A stretch of DNA of 64,000 nucleotides from Octopus vulgaris (GCA_951406725.2 OX597815.1:208506001-208570000); one strand, 5' to 3'. Positions 25,070-39,975 are shown, counted from the first letter of the stretch. Notes: generated from the sequence alone by a model not told the origin. Made by a program: numbers and translations.

Positions 25070-27747
25070 CTTCTTTGCTCTCCTGTGTGACCCTTCTGTG
25101 TGGCAGTCGCCATGATAGATTGGTAGCCACTACACACATTTTTTCTCTTCTTGTTTTTTTCTGTATCCCTTTCTGTAGAAGAGCGTAGGCTCGAAATGTA
25201 AAAGACTTTTTCAATTCCTGAGCGTTATACTAATACATCTGTTTGTTTTCTACACCACTTGTCTTCCTCTTCTGTTTTATTCATTAAGTCTCCCCCTGTA
25301 TATATATATATATATATATATATATCATCATCATCATCATTTAGCGTCCGTTTTCCATGCTAGCATGGGTTGGACGGTTCTACTGGGGTCTGTGAAGCCA
25401 GAAGGCTTCATCAGGCCCAGTCAAATCTGGCAGTGTTTCTACGGCTGGATGCCCTTCCTAACGCCAACCACTCCGTGAGTGTAGTGGGTGCTTTTTACGT
25501 GCCACCCACACTGGTGCCAGACAGAGCTGGCAAACGGCCACGAATGGATGGTGCTTTTTATGTGCCACCGGCACGAGGGCCAGGCGAGGCTGGCAACGGA
25601 CACGAAACGGGGCGGTGCTGGCAACGGTTGCGAAACGGAAAGTTCTCTTACATGCCACCGGCACTGGTAACACATCTGCAATTTCCAATTTCCATTGATC
25701 GATTTCGATTCTGATCCTCACTTGCCTCAATGGGTCTTCACAAGCAGAGTTTCGACATGCCACCGGCACTGGTAGCACATCCGCAATTTCCATTGATGCT
25801 GATCGATATATATATATATATATATATATAATTATTAAAGTGGTTAGATGCAATTTAAAACCAAAAGGCACAAATACAGTCATCACTAAGAGTGACTAAG
25901 GGTGCAAGTCAGCACCAGCATTGCTAGAAACAAGAGTCAAAGTAGCTCTTAGCCATGAACAGAGCATTTTCTGTTCAGCAGAACACTTTCTATTCACTGA
26001 CATTGGAAATAGCCCCCACCCCCCCACGGTTAGACACGTTTCTGCCTCTTTATTTCTGTGTCACACTCTCATCATTTGACACCGGATCACCTCTTCCAAT
26101 GCACCCTCTATTATAGCAAGACACCGGTTTCTGTCTCTCTGTCACACTGTAATCTTTCATCCCCTGACACAAGTTCCCTCCTCAAATGCTCCTCCTACCC
26201 TTCTCAGAATTACTTTGCCTTGTGAGTTACTTGGTGACCCTGCCAGTGCTGGTGCCACATAAAAAGCATCCAGTCCACACTGTAAAGTGGTTGGCATTTG
26301 GAAGGGCATCCAGCTGTAAATTTCATGCCAAAACTAACCCTGCCTGTGCTAGTGTCACGTAAAAAAGTACTGCGTCTACTCTGCAGAGTGGTTGGTGTTA
26401 GGAAGGGCATCCAGCCGTAAAAACCCTCCCAAATAGACATAGTAGCCTGGAGTAGTCTTCTATGTGGCTGGCTCCTGTCAGCTGTCCTACCCAAGCATGC
26501 ATGGAAGAAGGACATTAAATGATGAAGATAAATGAGTCATGGCTTGGGTCGGGTGGGCTGTCTCAGTGCTCCTCATGATCTTGATCACATAGCAACAGAA
26601 TAAATTGTCCAGTTGTGTCTGTTCTTACAATGTGGACTCGTTGCATTTTATTGTACCACTAGTACCAAAGATCTTGCTCCAAGCAGTGAAATTGACTAAA
26701 ATCTTCCTCCCCCATGCATCCTCCCCACCTCCCCTGTATCAGTTCCTATTTGGTGATTGACTCCATTTCACTTCTCTGCAATAATACATTTCCAGCACAT
26801 TTACATTGAGAAAGAGAGATATAAAAAAAAGAAAGAAAAATTTTACAGGAATTGTGTAAACATTTCTTGAAATAGATTAATTTTTATAGGAAAATAGTTT
26901 CACTGAAGATAACAAATATTTTCCTATTGAACTGTTCATTTGTCATAAAAATAGGTGATGATGACGTTATGAACCATTTCAACAACGACAATGTTAATAA
27001 TAATAATAATAATAATATTAACAACATAAATATAAAACAAAAAAAAATGTTGTGATGGGCACATTGTATTAATCATCGAATTTAATACATGAGACCGTTT
27101 TCCTGTGTACAGAAGAGATTTTCTTTATGTGTGATAAATGGTTAAGTCATTGATTTATCTTGATTTCCACAAGCCTGAATTGTCTTTGCTGTTCTGTTTT
27201 CATTTCAGGAATATTTTGACTAAGCTCTCTATTTTAGCCTTTTCAAAAGCTTTCTGATTGAAGAAAAAAAAAACAAAAAAGAAAGAAAAAAAAGAGAGAG
27301 AAGGAAAACAAGGTAAAAAAAAAAGGAGGGAAAAATACTGTTGTGATTGTTTGGTTACAGCAGTCTTCTATTTTCCTTAATTCAATACAAAGCTATTTTT
27401 GTTGTCCGTTTTCCTTTCTGGTTATTTGTTAAAGCTGTAATTGGGCAATTGTTTGTGAAACTATCTTGCCAGTGTTTTCTATTATTATATTTTATGAAGA
27501 AATGAATGGTTTAAGTAATGCATTCTTATCTAATAGTTTGGTTTGTGTTGGGAGAAAAATGCAGAGATTTCTTCAAAAGCAGATGGAAAAATTGGATTGG
27601 AGAACTGTTTGAGAGCAATGATGTATCACTTGAATAGCAGGTCTTTTATTAGTGTTCTGGTATAGACTTACCCGTATCAGCATTTTTATGTCCTCTGCTT
27701 TTCCGTGCAAGCAAGGGTTAGACAAAAGTTAGTGAAGAAATTTTCAT

Positions 27748-28152
27748 AGGCGCAGGAGTGGCTGTGTGGTAAGTAGCTTGCTAACCAACCACATGGTTCC
27801 GGGTTCAGTCCCACTGCGTGGCATCTTGGGCAAGTGTCTTCTGCTATAGCCTCGGGCCGATCAATGCCTTGTGAGTGGATTTGGTAGACGGAAACTGAAA
27901 GAAGCCTGTCGTATATATGTATATATATATATATGTGTGTGTTTGTGTGTCTGTGTTTGTCCCCCTAGCATTGCTTGACAACCGATGCTGGTGTGTTTAC
28001 ATCCCCTGTCACTTAGCAGTTCGGCAAAAGAGACCGATAGAATAAGTACTGGGCTTACAAAGAATGAGTCCCAGGGTCGATTTGCTCGACTAAAGGCGGT
28101 GCTCCAGCATGGCCGCAGTCAAATGACTGAAACAAGTAAATGAGTAAAGAGT
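27748..28152 (+). mobile_element. SINE family A
   Basis: Full-length, young-looking copy. Confidence 0.9.
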
Positions 28153-28319
28153 ATATCCAGATGCACTTCTTGTCAATAACCATTACTTGTAAAGGTACTT
28201 TTGTTTTTGTTCTACTGGTCTTCATACATGAAACTTCTGGCACCTTGGGCAAGGCAAATGACTTCTGTAATAGCTCTGGGCTGACCAAAGCCATGGAAGT
28301 AGACTTGGTTGATAGAAAC

Positions 28320-29637
28320 TGGAAGAAGCTTGAGGACATGCATAGGCTTGTAAGAAATGAAGCTAGTATGCTCCACTGGATGTGTAATGTCAATGTGAAT
28401 GCACGAGAGTGTGTAAACATCCTGAGAGAAAAGTTGGACATCAGAAGCATGAGATGTGGTGTGCAAGAGGCATGACTGCGCTGGTATGGACATGTGATGT
28501 GTATGGACGAGGACAGGTGTGTTTAAAAGTGTTGCACTCTAATGGTGGAGGGAACCTGTGGAAGAGGTAGACCCAGGAAGACATGGGATGAGATGGCATT
28601 TGTTGATTTAGAGAAAGCCTTTGATAGAGTATCTTGATCTGTGATAAATTGGTCTCTGAGGAAGCTAGGGTTAGATGAATAGGTTGTAAAAAAAGTACAG
28701 GCTGTGTACAGGGGTACTGTTAGTAAGGTAAGGATACACTGATGAGTTTAGTTTAGTTTACAGGTAAGTGTTCACCAAGGCTCTGTCCTTAGCCCTCTCC
28801 TATTCATCATGGTCCTCATGGTTAAGCATGATCTTCGAATGTTGGGCCTCACAGAAGCAATAACAAGTGACTGAGACCTTTAAAGATACGCCGTGCTTGA
28901 GAAGACCCATCAAACCAAGTGAGATCTGAGTAATGGCCAGTGCCAGTGTAACGTAACGGGCCCGTTCAATCATTGAGTGATATGCTGTGTTTGTGAAGTT
29001 CTGTTGAACCAAATGAAATTGTAGTCATGGGTGATGCCAGTGCTGTCTGACTGGCACCTTTCCTGGTGGCACGTAAAAAGCATTGTTCAAGCATTGGGCT
29101 TCATAGAAGCAGTCACGTCAAGCCAAGTGAGATCGTAGTTGTGGCCAGTGTCAGTGTCCTGTGACTGGCCCATTAGAAGCCCCCTTCAAGTGTCAGGCAA
29201 TATACTATGCTTGTGAAGAACCGAGTGAAATCATAGTTATGGCCAATTCCAGTGCAGTCTGACTGGCACCCATGCTGGTGGCATGTAAATAACACTGTTT
29301 GAGCATTGGGCCTCGTGGAGGCAGTGACAGGTGACCGAGACCTTTGGCGATCTACTGTGCTTGTGTAGACCTGTCAGGCCAAATGAGACCATAGTTGTGG
29401 CTGATGTGGGTGTCGGCTCAATGGCACCCATGCTGGTGGCACGTAAAAAACACCCCTATACTCACGGAGTGGTTGGTGCTAAGAAGGCCATCCAGCCAAA
29501 TCAGATCGGAAATCAGATCAACCATGCCAAATCAGGTCGGAACCTGGTGCAGCCCCCCCATTCCTGGCTTACTAGTTTTCAGTCAAACTCTCCAACCCAT
29601 GCCAGCATAGAAAGCAGATGTTAAATATTGACGATGA
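28320..29637 (+). mobile_element. Rearranged RTE LINE 3' part
   Basis: EDMHRLVRNEASMLHWMCNV...LREKLDIRSMRCGVQE, similar to 18820-19200; contains an inserted RT-core piece (28595-28812) and a family B tail. Confidence 0.8.
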
Positions 29638-32060
29638 CAACTCAAACAATTTTAAGCATTGTTGGCCTATGCTGTTAAATCAAAAGTTGTGAGTGAGCAA
29701 AAGTGCAGGCATCTTTGCTTGTCCTGCTAGAACTAGTAGCCAAGTTTCTCTTAAATTACACCCTGCGGCATTGGAAAAAGAATGGTGTCATATCTTGACT
29801 GGCATTTGTCATGGATTAAAGTTAGGGAGGGTTGCACAGTGTCATCTGCTTCACTCTCTTGTCCCTTCCTGTCTGATTCCAGTGGCAGGACAAAGTTGAA
29901 ACAACTGGAGATAGGTTGGGCTGCATTGGATGGCGGCAGCGTCCTTCGTGTTTCCTGTGCCCTGTTTATGCTTCACAATGCTTGTTGGTCGGCTTTCCTG
30001 CCCATTGAACCAATCTGATAGTCTCCTCTGCAGTCTGCTGGTCGAATCTTCACATGCACATGTAGATATGCCCAAGCTCACCAATAGTTTGAGGGTGGTC
30101 AGCTACCTTCATCAAGGTTTATCCAGCCTGTAGAACCCTTTGCCTGGAGTGTGGTTGCTGTTGCATGCAGACAGCTTTAGGCAGCCACAGGTAAGAGCTG
30201 GGTGTCAAGTGAGGACCAAAACAGATGAACTACTCTGAAGAGCGCCACATGTTCCCCCAGCAGAGGTACTACTCCACCCAGATACCCCAAGCATTGGATG
30301 ATATGTTATTTGATACATTATTTGAAAATATAAAATGAGGTGGTCAAATCTGGAACACATTTAATTGTAGTTCTACTTGATGAAGGCTGATCAGAGTCTA
30401 AGCATCATCATGGGTTGGATGATTTGACTGAGGACTGGTGAACCAGATGACTGCACCAGGCTCCAATCTGATCTGGCAGAGTTTCTACAGCTGGATGCCC
30501 TTCTTAACGCCATGTGTTATGAGTATATTCTAGTGTTTTAGACTTTGCATGTTTTTCTCAGGAGTGGGGCTCAAGTTTGTTTTGCCTTTGCTTTATGAAG
30601 AAGAGGAAGGGAAAGTGTTTTAGGTCACTTTTTCTGGTTGAATTCTAATCCCAGTTTTTACTGATGTAAATAACCCCTCACTAACTTACCATTCTAGAAT
30701 TCTTTTGATTATATTTTGATTCTAAAAGAAGACATTTCATTGATCTTGGTTTGATTATTCTGAGCCGTGACAGTGTTCACAATTACTGAGTTTCTATTTC
30801 ATACTTAAAACAATAAACAGCTTGTCTGATGATTAGCTTCGTTAATTTAATTTGTCAGAGTAACTGGGAGGATGTCAGTTTCATTTGTAGTCTTGTACAA
30901 ATTGTTGTAAATATATAAACAATATCAAAGTAACTTTGTTATCCTAAATAGGAGGAAGTTACATGAGCAATAATTAATGAGGTCTCTTAAATGACTCTTA
31001 ATAAGTGTTAATGTTTTCATAGCCAATCAAAATTTGAATGCTCTATAAACGAGTCTATCTTTGATGGATGTTGTTCTCGCTTAACACCCATCAAAGCTAA
31101 GGGTAACTTGACTCTTTGTCTTTCAGTAGACACCTTATGAGTGGTTACTGTAACAAATATCAGGTAAAAGCTGTCGTGGAAGAATGGCTAGGTCCATCCG
31201 GCTTTAATGTCATTCACATAAAAGCAATCACTGAACAGAGGAGAAAGCACAAGGACATTACTATTGGTAATTTTGTAATTTCTTTAAGAGATAAGTCAGA
31301 AATTACGTGCCACTGTTTTTGAATAACCTTATGATGTGATTTAAGTTTCTGTACACTTAAAAATATTTCTTCCCCTTCTCAGATCTTCCGACTGTTGCTT
31401 TCAGATCTACTTTGTATTGTTCTGTCAGTGGAATATTTCAGTTGAAAGACATCGACAGGAAACAGCATTTCAATGATGTTATAACAATATTGTTGTAGTT
31501 GCAGCATTTATGGTTCTTATACAAGAGAACAGCTGCACCACATAATGCAAAACGGCTTATTAGAAAAATATTGCTATGCTGAATATTATAATTGTGCTTA
31601 CAATATGCATGTTAGCCCTTACAGCGGCCGTTGTAGGTTTGAATGCTTTATTATTTTGTCGGTGGCATGAAAATACAGGTTTGCGTAATGTTGATATGCA
31701 TCACTGATTCTGTAGTTACAGCACTTGCAGAACTGTTTACATGTCTAATATTTTAATGAAAATTTTTGGTGCTGTGCATATATCGCTGTCACTTTGGTTC
31801 CAAAAATTCTGGAACTTGGCAGATTACTGACACCGGGAACTATTAGGAATATTTAGTCTTCTCTCTCGTGTCTTTTGTTATCTTTTGCTTAATAATTGGC
31901 AGACATTGGGCAGTAGTTATTAATTTTCCTGATATTAAAGAAATAAGAATAATAACAAAAAAACAAAACCACACACACACACACACACCATAAAAACCTT
32001 ACCAGGAAATATTACTCGAATGTTGAATTTTGAAGCTAGAGATTTTTAGTGGTTAGTACT

Positions 32061-33134
32061 CTTACTCTTTTACTCTTTTACTTGTTTCAGTCATTTGACT
32101 ACGGCCATGCTGGAGCACCACCTTTAATCGAGCAACTCGACCCCGGGACTTATTCTTTGTAAGCCCAGTACTTATTCTATCGGTCTCTTTTGCCAAACCG
32201 CTAAGTGACGGGGACATAAACACACCAGCATCGGTTGTCAAGCAATGCTAGGGGGACAAACACACACACACAAACAAACGCACACACATATATATATACA
32301 TATATACGACAGGCTTCTTTCAGTTTCCGTCTACGAAATCCACTCACAAGGCATTGGTCGGCCAGGGGCTATAGCAGAAGACACTTGCCCAAGATGCCAC
32401 GCAGTGGGACTGAACCCGGAACCATGTGGTTGGTTAGCAAGCTACTTACCACACAGCCTGTGTTAATTTTTCATAATCTTTTTACTAATATTCTAATAGC
32501 TGTATGTGTATCACGTATAGAAGGCACATGGCTCAGTGAGTAGAGTGTCAGACTCACACTCTTGAGGCTGTGAGTTCGATTCCCAGACTGGGCTGCATGT
32601 TGTGTTCTTGAGCAAGACACTTTATTTCACACCTTTTCCAGTTCACTCAGCTGTGGAAATGAGCTGTGAAGTCACTGGTGCCAAACTATATTGATGTTTG
32701 CGATTCCTTTGGATAAAACATTTGTGGTGTGAAGGAAGACTGATACGGATGGGTGACTTCTGGTCTTCCATAAAAAACAACCTTGCTTGGATTTGTGCCT
32801 CGAAAGGGAACTTTCTAGGTGCAATCCCATGGTCATTCATGATTGAAGAGGGTCTCTGTGTCGTATAATTTATGCAATACATCGATAATTGTTTATATAT
32901 ACCTATTTCTTTACTACCCACAAGGGGCTAAACACAGAGAGGACAAACAAGGACAGACAAACGAATTAAGTCGATTATATCGACCCCAGTGCGTTACTGG
33001 TACTTATTTAATCGACCCCGAAAGGATGAAAGGCAAAGTTGACCTCGGTGGAATTTGAACTCAGAACATAGCGGCAGACGAAATACTGCTAAGCATTTCG
33101 CCTGGCGTGCTAACGTTTCTGCCAGCTCGCCACC
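32061..33134. mobile_element. SINE cluster: A (-, 32061-32460), E (+, 32519-32857), C (-, 32901-33134)
   Basis: Family-diagnostic heads and tails. Confidence 0.85.
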
Positions 33135-33974
33135 TTGTTTATATATACCTGCTGGTGCAGGTGTAGTTTACTTCCTAACCATGTGGTTCCCGGTTCAATT
33201 ACACTCTGTTGCATTTTGGGCAAGTATCTTTGGCTAAAGCCCTGGGCTGACCAAAGCCTTATGAGTGGATTTGGTTGATGGAAACTGAAAGAAGGTCATT
33301 GTGTGTGTGCGTGTCATCATTATCATCATCATCATCTTCATATTTGTTTAACATCTGCTTTCCATGCTGGCATGAGTTAGACGGTTTGACTGAGGTCTGG
33401 CAAGCCAGTGATCTGCACCAGGCTCCTATCTGATCTGGCAGAGTTTCTACAGCTAGATGCCCTTCCTAATGCCAACCACTCTGAGAATGTAGTGGGTGCT
33501 TTTTACCTACTGTTTATGCATGCATAAATGTTTGTGTGTTGTTACTTCCGCCTTGCTTTGACTTTGTGTGATAGCTGTAAATCTATGCCATCAGCATGAA
33601 GGCAGTGTCTTCCATTTCCAGTATTCCAGGAAAACATGTCTGGCATGGGGGAAATATTACTTTACTTGGAAATAGGTGAGGATAGGTGACAGGAAGGGCA
33701 TCCAGCTGTAGAAAATACACCTTGACAAATTCCATCTGACCCATGCTCACATGGAAAAGTAGATGTTAAAACGATGATGATGATGTAAAGGTAAGGTAGT
33801 TTCTTTCGATGGAGCTAGTGTTTTTGTAACTAGATCCTCTTTCTATTACTAACCAATCAACTAATGTAAGTGCAGAACTTGTTTTGTGTCAGGTAGACAA
33901 ATTAGAAACATTTCTACCACTAGAAGACATTGCCTGCATGCTAAGGACAAACATTTACAAATATCACACAAAAT

Positions 33975-34560
33975 CAGGTATTTAGGTAGTAAGATAACGT
34001 TTTCAGGCGGCACCGACGAAGATATTAAGATGAGTATAAGTAAGGCAAGGACCGTTTTTCACCTGTTAAAAAAAGTATGGAGCGCAAGTGTAATTTCAAT
34101 AAAGAACAAAATAAGAATTTTTAACACTAACGTAAAAGCAGTGTTATTGTATGGGGCTGAGACATGGTGAACAACAGTAAAGTCAAATAAGCAAATAGAA
34201 TCATTCATCAACAGATGCTTGCGTAGTATACTAAAAATTAGATGGCCCAAACACATAAGCAATATGGAGCTATGGCAAAGAACAAATCAAGTTTCGATTA
34301 GGGAGCAAATATTTAAGAAGAAGTGGAAGTGGATTAGTAGCACAATTAGAAAAGACACACCAAATGTAGCGAAAAGTGCTTTAAAGTGGAAACCGGTTGG
34401 ATATAGAAAGAGAGGTAGGCCTAAGAACTCGTGGCAGAGATCAACACAAAAGGAGGACATTCTTGGCAGAGTATAAGTACAGAAGCCAAAAATTATGCGA
34501 CATGGAATTCAGCTATAAGTGGCCTATACTCCGTGTTGGAGGGCTAAAGGCAGAAAAAAA
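33975..34560 (+). mobile_element. RTE-clade LINE fragment (second family)
   Basis: RYLGSKITFSGGTDEDIK..ISKAR...KIRIFNTNVKAVLLYGAETW*...RCLRSILKIRWP..ISNMELWQRT...RKRGRPKNSW. Confidence 0.9.
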
Positions 34561-34766
34561 AGACAAATTAAAACAAGCAGAGTTATCTGCCTTGCACAGA
34601 GACACCACATGGTTGTTTTAGTTGTAAAGCTTGATTGAAATCCGGATAATGTGATCAGTTGTCCATCATTTTAACTTCATTGCTATCTACCATCCACATT
34701 ATGTGATTATGCTGGTGGCACCACAGAAGCTTGTATTAACTTACACCTATAGTTTCTCAAAAGACA

Positions 34767-35168
34767 TTACTCTTTTACTCTTTTACTTGTTTCAGTCATT
34801 TGACTGCGGCCATGCTGGAGCACCGCCTTTAGTCGAGCAATTCGACCCCGGGACTTATTCTTTTGTAAGCCCAGTACTTATTTTATCGGTCTCTTTTTTG
34901 CCGAACCGCTAAGTGACGGGGACATAAACACACCAGCATCGGTTGTCAAGCAATGCTAGGGGGACAAACACAGACACACACATATATATATATATATACA
35001 TATATACGACGGGCTTCTTTCAGTTTCTGTCTACCAAATCCACTCACAAGGCTTTGGTCGGCCCGAGGCTATAGTAGAAGACACTTGCCCAAGATGCCAC
35101 GCAGTGGGACTGAACCCGGAACCATGTGGTTGGTTAGCAAGCTACTTACCACACAGCCACTCCTGCGC
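34767..35168 (-). mobile_element. SINE family A
   Basis: Full-length reverse copy. Confidence 0.9.
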
Positions 35169-36624
35169 TTATTCTTATTATTTGTCTCCTTCGTTACTCT
35201 TCCTTTTATATACTTTCTTTTTAAATTATAAAAAAGAGGAAACACACACACAAAAAAAAAAACCAAGAAAATAATCTTTGCCAGCTGGTTTGTTACTATT
35301 ATGTTGCCATTGATTGATCTTTGGTTGTAATTATTTGAGACATGCAAATGTCTGTCTTCAAATTAACTCGTCTTATTCTTCATTTCTGGACATCAGTTGT
35401 AGCTCCTTATGGGGACATCAGATAGCGTGCAGTGGAAAAAGAAAAATAGGTTTCATAAATAAAATGCAATATATATATATAAATAAAAAAAGAATGAAAA
35501 GCAAAAAAAATTATCACTTAGTATACAGATCCTTATCGTTCTAGAAACTTCTTTTGTTTAGAGTTTTGCGTTTTGTAATCTGATTGATTTAGCCATTGTT
35601 TCATGTGAATTTAGGAATATTGTGAAATTTGAGTGGGGAAACAAGATTGGCTTTTTACGATGAGTTTCGTTTTACTTGAACATTTGATTGGTACTGAGTT
35701 GAGGAAAGTATGCCTAGTTAATGCAGGCCCAAGGCTAGGTATTTCCAGGAAGGTATTATCATCAGCATCAGAGCATCAGTAATTTTACATCTGCCTGAAC
35801 GGGTTGGATGTGACTACTTCACTTCTGGCAGTAGTAATTTTATCGTTAAATGCTTTTTTTTTTTTTTTTTTTCTTTTGCCAGCCCTCACTTGTTTTTCAA
35901 GCAAGGCACTTTATTCTGCTGCTCTTCACGCTTCAAGGTGTTGAATTGCCGGGGGTGGGGGTGGGGGTGGAGATATAAATTGATGTGACTGCTGTTCATG
36001 CAGTGTAAATGTGAAGACAAGCAGAGACAAATGCACACACACACACACTCTTTTACTCTTTTGCTCTTTTACTTGTTTCAGTCATTTGACTGCGGCCATG
36101 CTGGAGCACCGCCTTTAGTCGAACAAATCGATACCAGGATTTATTCTTTATAACCCTAGTACTTATTTTATCAATCTCCTTTTGCTGAACTGCTAAGTTA
36201 CAAGGACATAAACACATCAACATTGCATGGTGGTGGTTGTGGGGACAAACACGCATGCACCACAAACACGTGTATGTATATATATATATATATATATATA
36301 TCGAACCGTCCAACCCATGCTAGCATGGAGAACGGACGTTAAACGACGACGATATATACTAACAATATAATAAATAAATAAAATATATGCATATATACAT
36401 ACATATATGTACATACTTACATCTACATGTATATATATAAGCATATATATATATATATATATATATGAGTACAGGACACCACAAATAAACGTAGAACACA
36501 ACGAGAAATGAAAACATAAAATCAAACAAGGAAACGGACTTTTTTTAACAACGAAAAAACAGAGTACAAGACAAACAATACAAGGAAAATTCCCCTTCAT
36601 CAGCTGCCCCTGGTTCGACTCAAT

Positions 36625-37370
36625 GCATGTGGCAGTTTTTGTATGCTCATGTCACACCAGTTCACTGCCATGTCTTTGAGGAAGCATTGAACCTCATCTT
36701 TCGCCTCATGGTCGTTGCTGAAGCACGTTCTGGCTAAATGTTCTTTCAACTTAGGGAACAGGTGGTAGTCAGTGGGTGCCAAGTCCGGGCTCTAAGGTGG
36801 GTTGCTGTTTATGGTCTTCTGTGAGCATTCATGGGGCCCATCTTGCGCACACCTTCTGATATTGGCAATTTTTCACTCAAAACCCTATGAATGGTGCTTT
36901 GGGAAACCTCAGGAACCAAAATGCAGAGGTCATGTAGAGAGATGAGATCCATTGATTTTCATGCAGAATTTGCTCAACTTTCGCGACTGTCTTCTTGGAA
37001 ATTGATGGTCACCCACTTCTTTCTTTGTCATGAATTTCAGTACGATCAGCTGCAAACTCCCTACACCACTTGTGGACGTTTTTGACATCCATGCATGACT
37101 TGCCACATTCTTCTATTAATTAGCAAAGAATTTCAGTCGGTTTAATGCCTTTTGTATTCAAAAACCGAATAACTGCGCTAACTTCACACTTGGCAGTACT
37201 GTCAATCAGGAGATCCATCAGATACGACTGCCAAGCTAAGACTGAGCATGGCAGGGAGGCGCATGCAGGGGCAAGTGCAGGCACATGCACAACAAACACA
37301 ACAGTGTTGCCAATAGCTGCATGCACAGTTTCCCTGCGTCCCCAACACTTCGGAGACCTTACATTTGGGA
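36625..37370 (-). mobile_element. Internally deleted mariner transposon
   Basis: N-terminus MDLLIDSTAKCEVSAVIRFLNTKG and C-terminal SPDLAPTDYHLFPKLKEHL, matching the mariner YSPDLAPxD motif. Confidence 0.85.
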
Positions 37371-39593
37371 TTATCCTTGTAGAAAGAACACCTGGATTTA
37401 AACTTAGAATGCAAAGGGACTTGAGTAAATTTCATAAAAGCAGCTTGGAAAAGGCTTTTGAGAGGGTCCCATGCTCTTTTGTCCGGTAAAAATAAAAACT
37501 GGGTGTAGCTGAATGTCTTTTGAGAGCTGTGCAAACTGTGTATGTGGGTACTGTCTGTAAGGTGAATTATCAAAATGTTTGGTAAGAATTGGGTGTTCAT
37601 CAGAGCTTAGTTCCAAGCGTCTTTCACTGTATCATACTACTTCAGATCTTAGAGGAGTTTATAGTTTGGAATAATTTGACAGCTTGCTCATAGCTGAATC
37701 AACCAAAGAATTTGAAGGAATGTTCCGTACATTGAAGTTGAACCTAAAATCAGTGGGATCTAAAAATAAACCATCAAAGACAAAGTTACCAGAAGAGAAT
37801 ACTGCAATCTGTGAATGCAGAAAAAAGGTTGAAAGGAATCTTATACTGTGCATCTATTTGGGAAATGATCTCAGATGGTCTGATAACGAAGAGCGTTTTC
37901 AAATGTCTCAAATGTACAAAAGCAGTTACCTGGAACACTCATGAAATAATTCAGTCAAATGCTTGGAATTCTTAGAAATAATTGGATGCTTCCATTACCT
38001 ATGTGACCTAATTAGCAGAGAAGGAGTGTGTCAAAATCAGAGTAGCCAGAGTAAGGACTGGTTGGGAAAAGTGTAGTGGCCTTATTACCTCTGTTAATTG
38101 AAACAAAAGCCTTTTTCTCTGTGAGTAAGCTGGTGAGTTGGCGGAACTGTTAGCACACCAGGCAAAATGCTTAGCAGCATTTCGTCCACCTTTACATTCT
38201 GAGTTCAAATTCCGTTGAGGTCAACTTTCCCTTTCATCCTGTCAGGGTTGATAAAATCAGTATGAGTTGAACACTGGAGTTGATGTAATCAACTTGCTAC
38301 CTCACCTGAAATTTTTGACCTTGTACCAAAATTTGAAACCAGTTTAACCCTTTAGTGTTCGCATTATTCTGCCAAAATTAATCCTTTTTTATCCACATTG
38401 CCTTGAACTAATTAGGCATTATCTTGGTGCTATGAGATTTTGATGAGGTAGCTGTTAATTTTTAAAACAATATTGTAGGGCTGGTGTGATAGACCAGATC
38501 TGGCCAATTTGAACATAAAACAGGTAGAATACTTTTGGCCGGATATGGCCGATTTAAATACTAAAGAGTTAAAGAAAGGGATTTTCTCACTGAATGAAGA
38601 GCATTTTGTAGGATGTTAGCTTGCTATGTTGTGCGCTTGGTAGTAAAACATGAGCATGGAAAGTGAAAGATATGTAAAGGCGGGAAAGATATGAGATTAG
38701 TAAACTCTGCAAGATGGTTAGTGTGTATTGAATGACAGTGTTGAGAGAAAAACTGGGTTTTTAGAAGAATCAGATCTATTATGGTAGCATGTGAGAGAGA
38801 GGACTCTACTGGGTGATAGATTTAATCAATCACTTGATTTAACGTTAACACCTGGCATATTGGGTATCTTTAGAAGAGTTTTTATCCAGGTATCTTTTGT
38901 CGTGTATCTTTTAATTGTTTTAGTCATTAGACTGCTGCCATGCTGGAGCACTGCCTTGAAGAAATTTTAACTTAACAATTCGCCTCCACTACTGTGTTTT
39001 TTTTTTTTTGTTTAAAGCCAGTTATATATTCTATTGGTATCTTTTGTTGAACTGCTAAGTTATGGAGACGTAAACACACCAACATCAGTTGTCAAGCAGT
39101 GATTGGGGACAAATGCAGAAACAAAGACACACACACACGCACACACAATAAGCTTCCTTCAGTTTCCATCTCCCAAATCTACCCACAAGGGTTTGTTGGA
39201 CTGGACTAAGGCTATGGTAGAAAACAGTTGCCCAAGATGTCATGCACTGCGACTGAACTCAGAACCATGTGGTTTGGAAGCAAACTTTTTATCACAAGCC
39301 ACGGGCAATAATTGTCTTTTGAGAAGCAAGCTGCATGAAACATGGTTCCATTAACAGGTGAGCTACACTACTAAAAAAATTCATGGTAATCTTTTGTTAG
39401 GCGTGCCATTCAGAAAGTCCAATGGGCCGCAATTTGTCCGTGACTGCTCTCCCCTGGCAAGCCTTCAAATCAGATCTCTTCTTTGAGAATACATTCCGCT
39501 CTTTCTGACCATTCTTGAAGGCCTTGTACAAGGGTCATGCATACTACCTTCCCTTCTGATTGGAAAAATAGAAGTAAAAAAAAAAAAAGATGC

Positions 39594-39975
39594 AGGCGCA
39601 AGAGTGGCTGTGTGGTAAGTAGCTTGTCTACCAACCACATGGTTCCGGGTTCAGTCCCACTGCGTGGCATCTTGGGCAAGTGTCTTCTTCTATAGCCTTG
39701 GGCCGACCAAAGCCTTATGAGTGGATTTGGTAGGCGGAAACTGCGTGTGTGTGTTTGTGTGTCTGTGTTTGTCCCCCTAGCATTGCTTGACAACTGATGC
39801 TCGTGAGTTTATGTCCCCGTTACTTAGCGGTTCGGCAAAAAGAGACCGATTGAATAAGTACTGGGCTTACAAAAAAGAATAAGTCCCGGGGTCGATTTGC
39901 TCGATTAAAGGCGGTGCTCCAGCATGGCCGCAGTCAACTGACTGAAACAAGTAAAAGAGTAAAAGAGTAAAGAGA
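39594..39975 (+). mobile_element. SINE family A
   Basis: Full-length copy with small internal deletion. Confidence 0.9.

Noticed and set aside
27748-27825. tRNA-like sequences with A/B boxes
   Set aside because: SINE heads continuous with SINE bodies; no complete cloverleaf seen.
29850-30250. Possible LINE C-terminal fragment (-), similarly 60660-60900 (+)
   Set aside because: Similarity too faint to assign a family.
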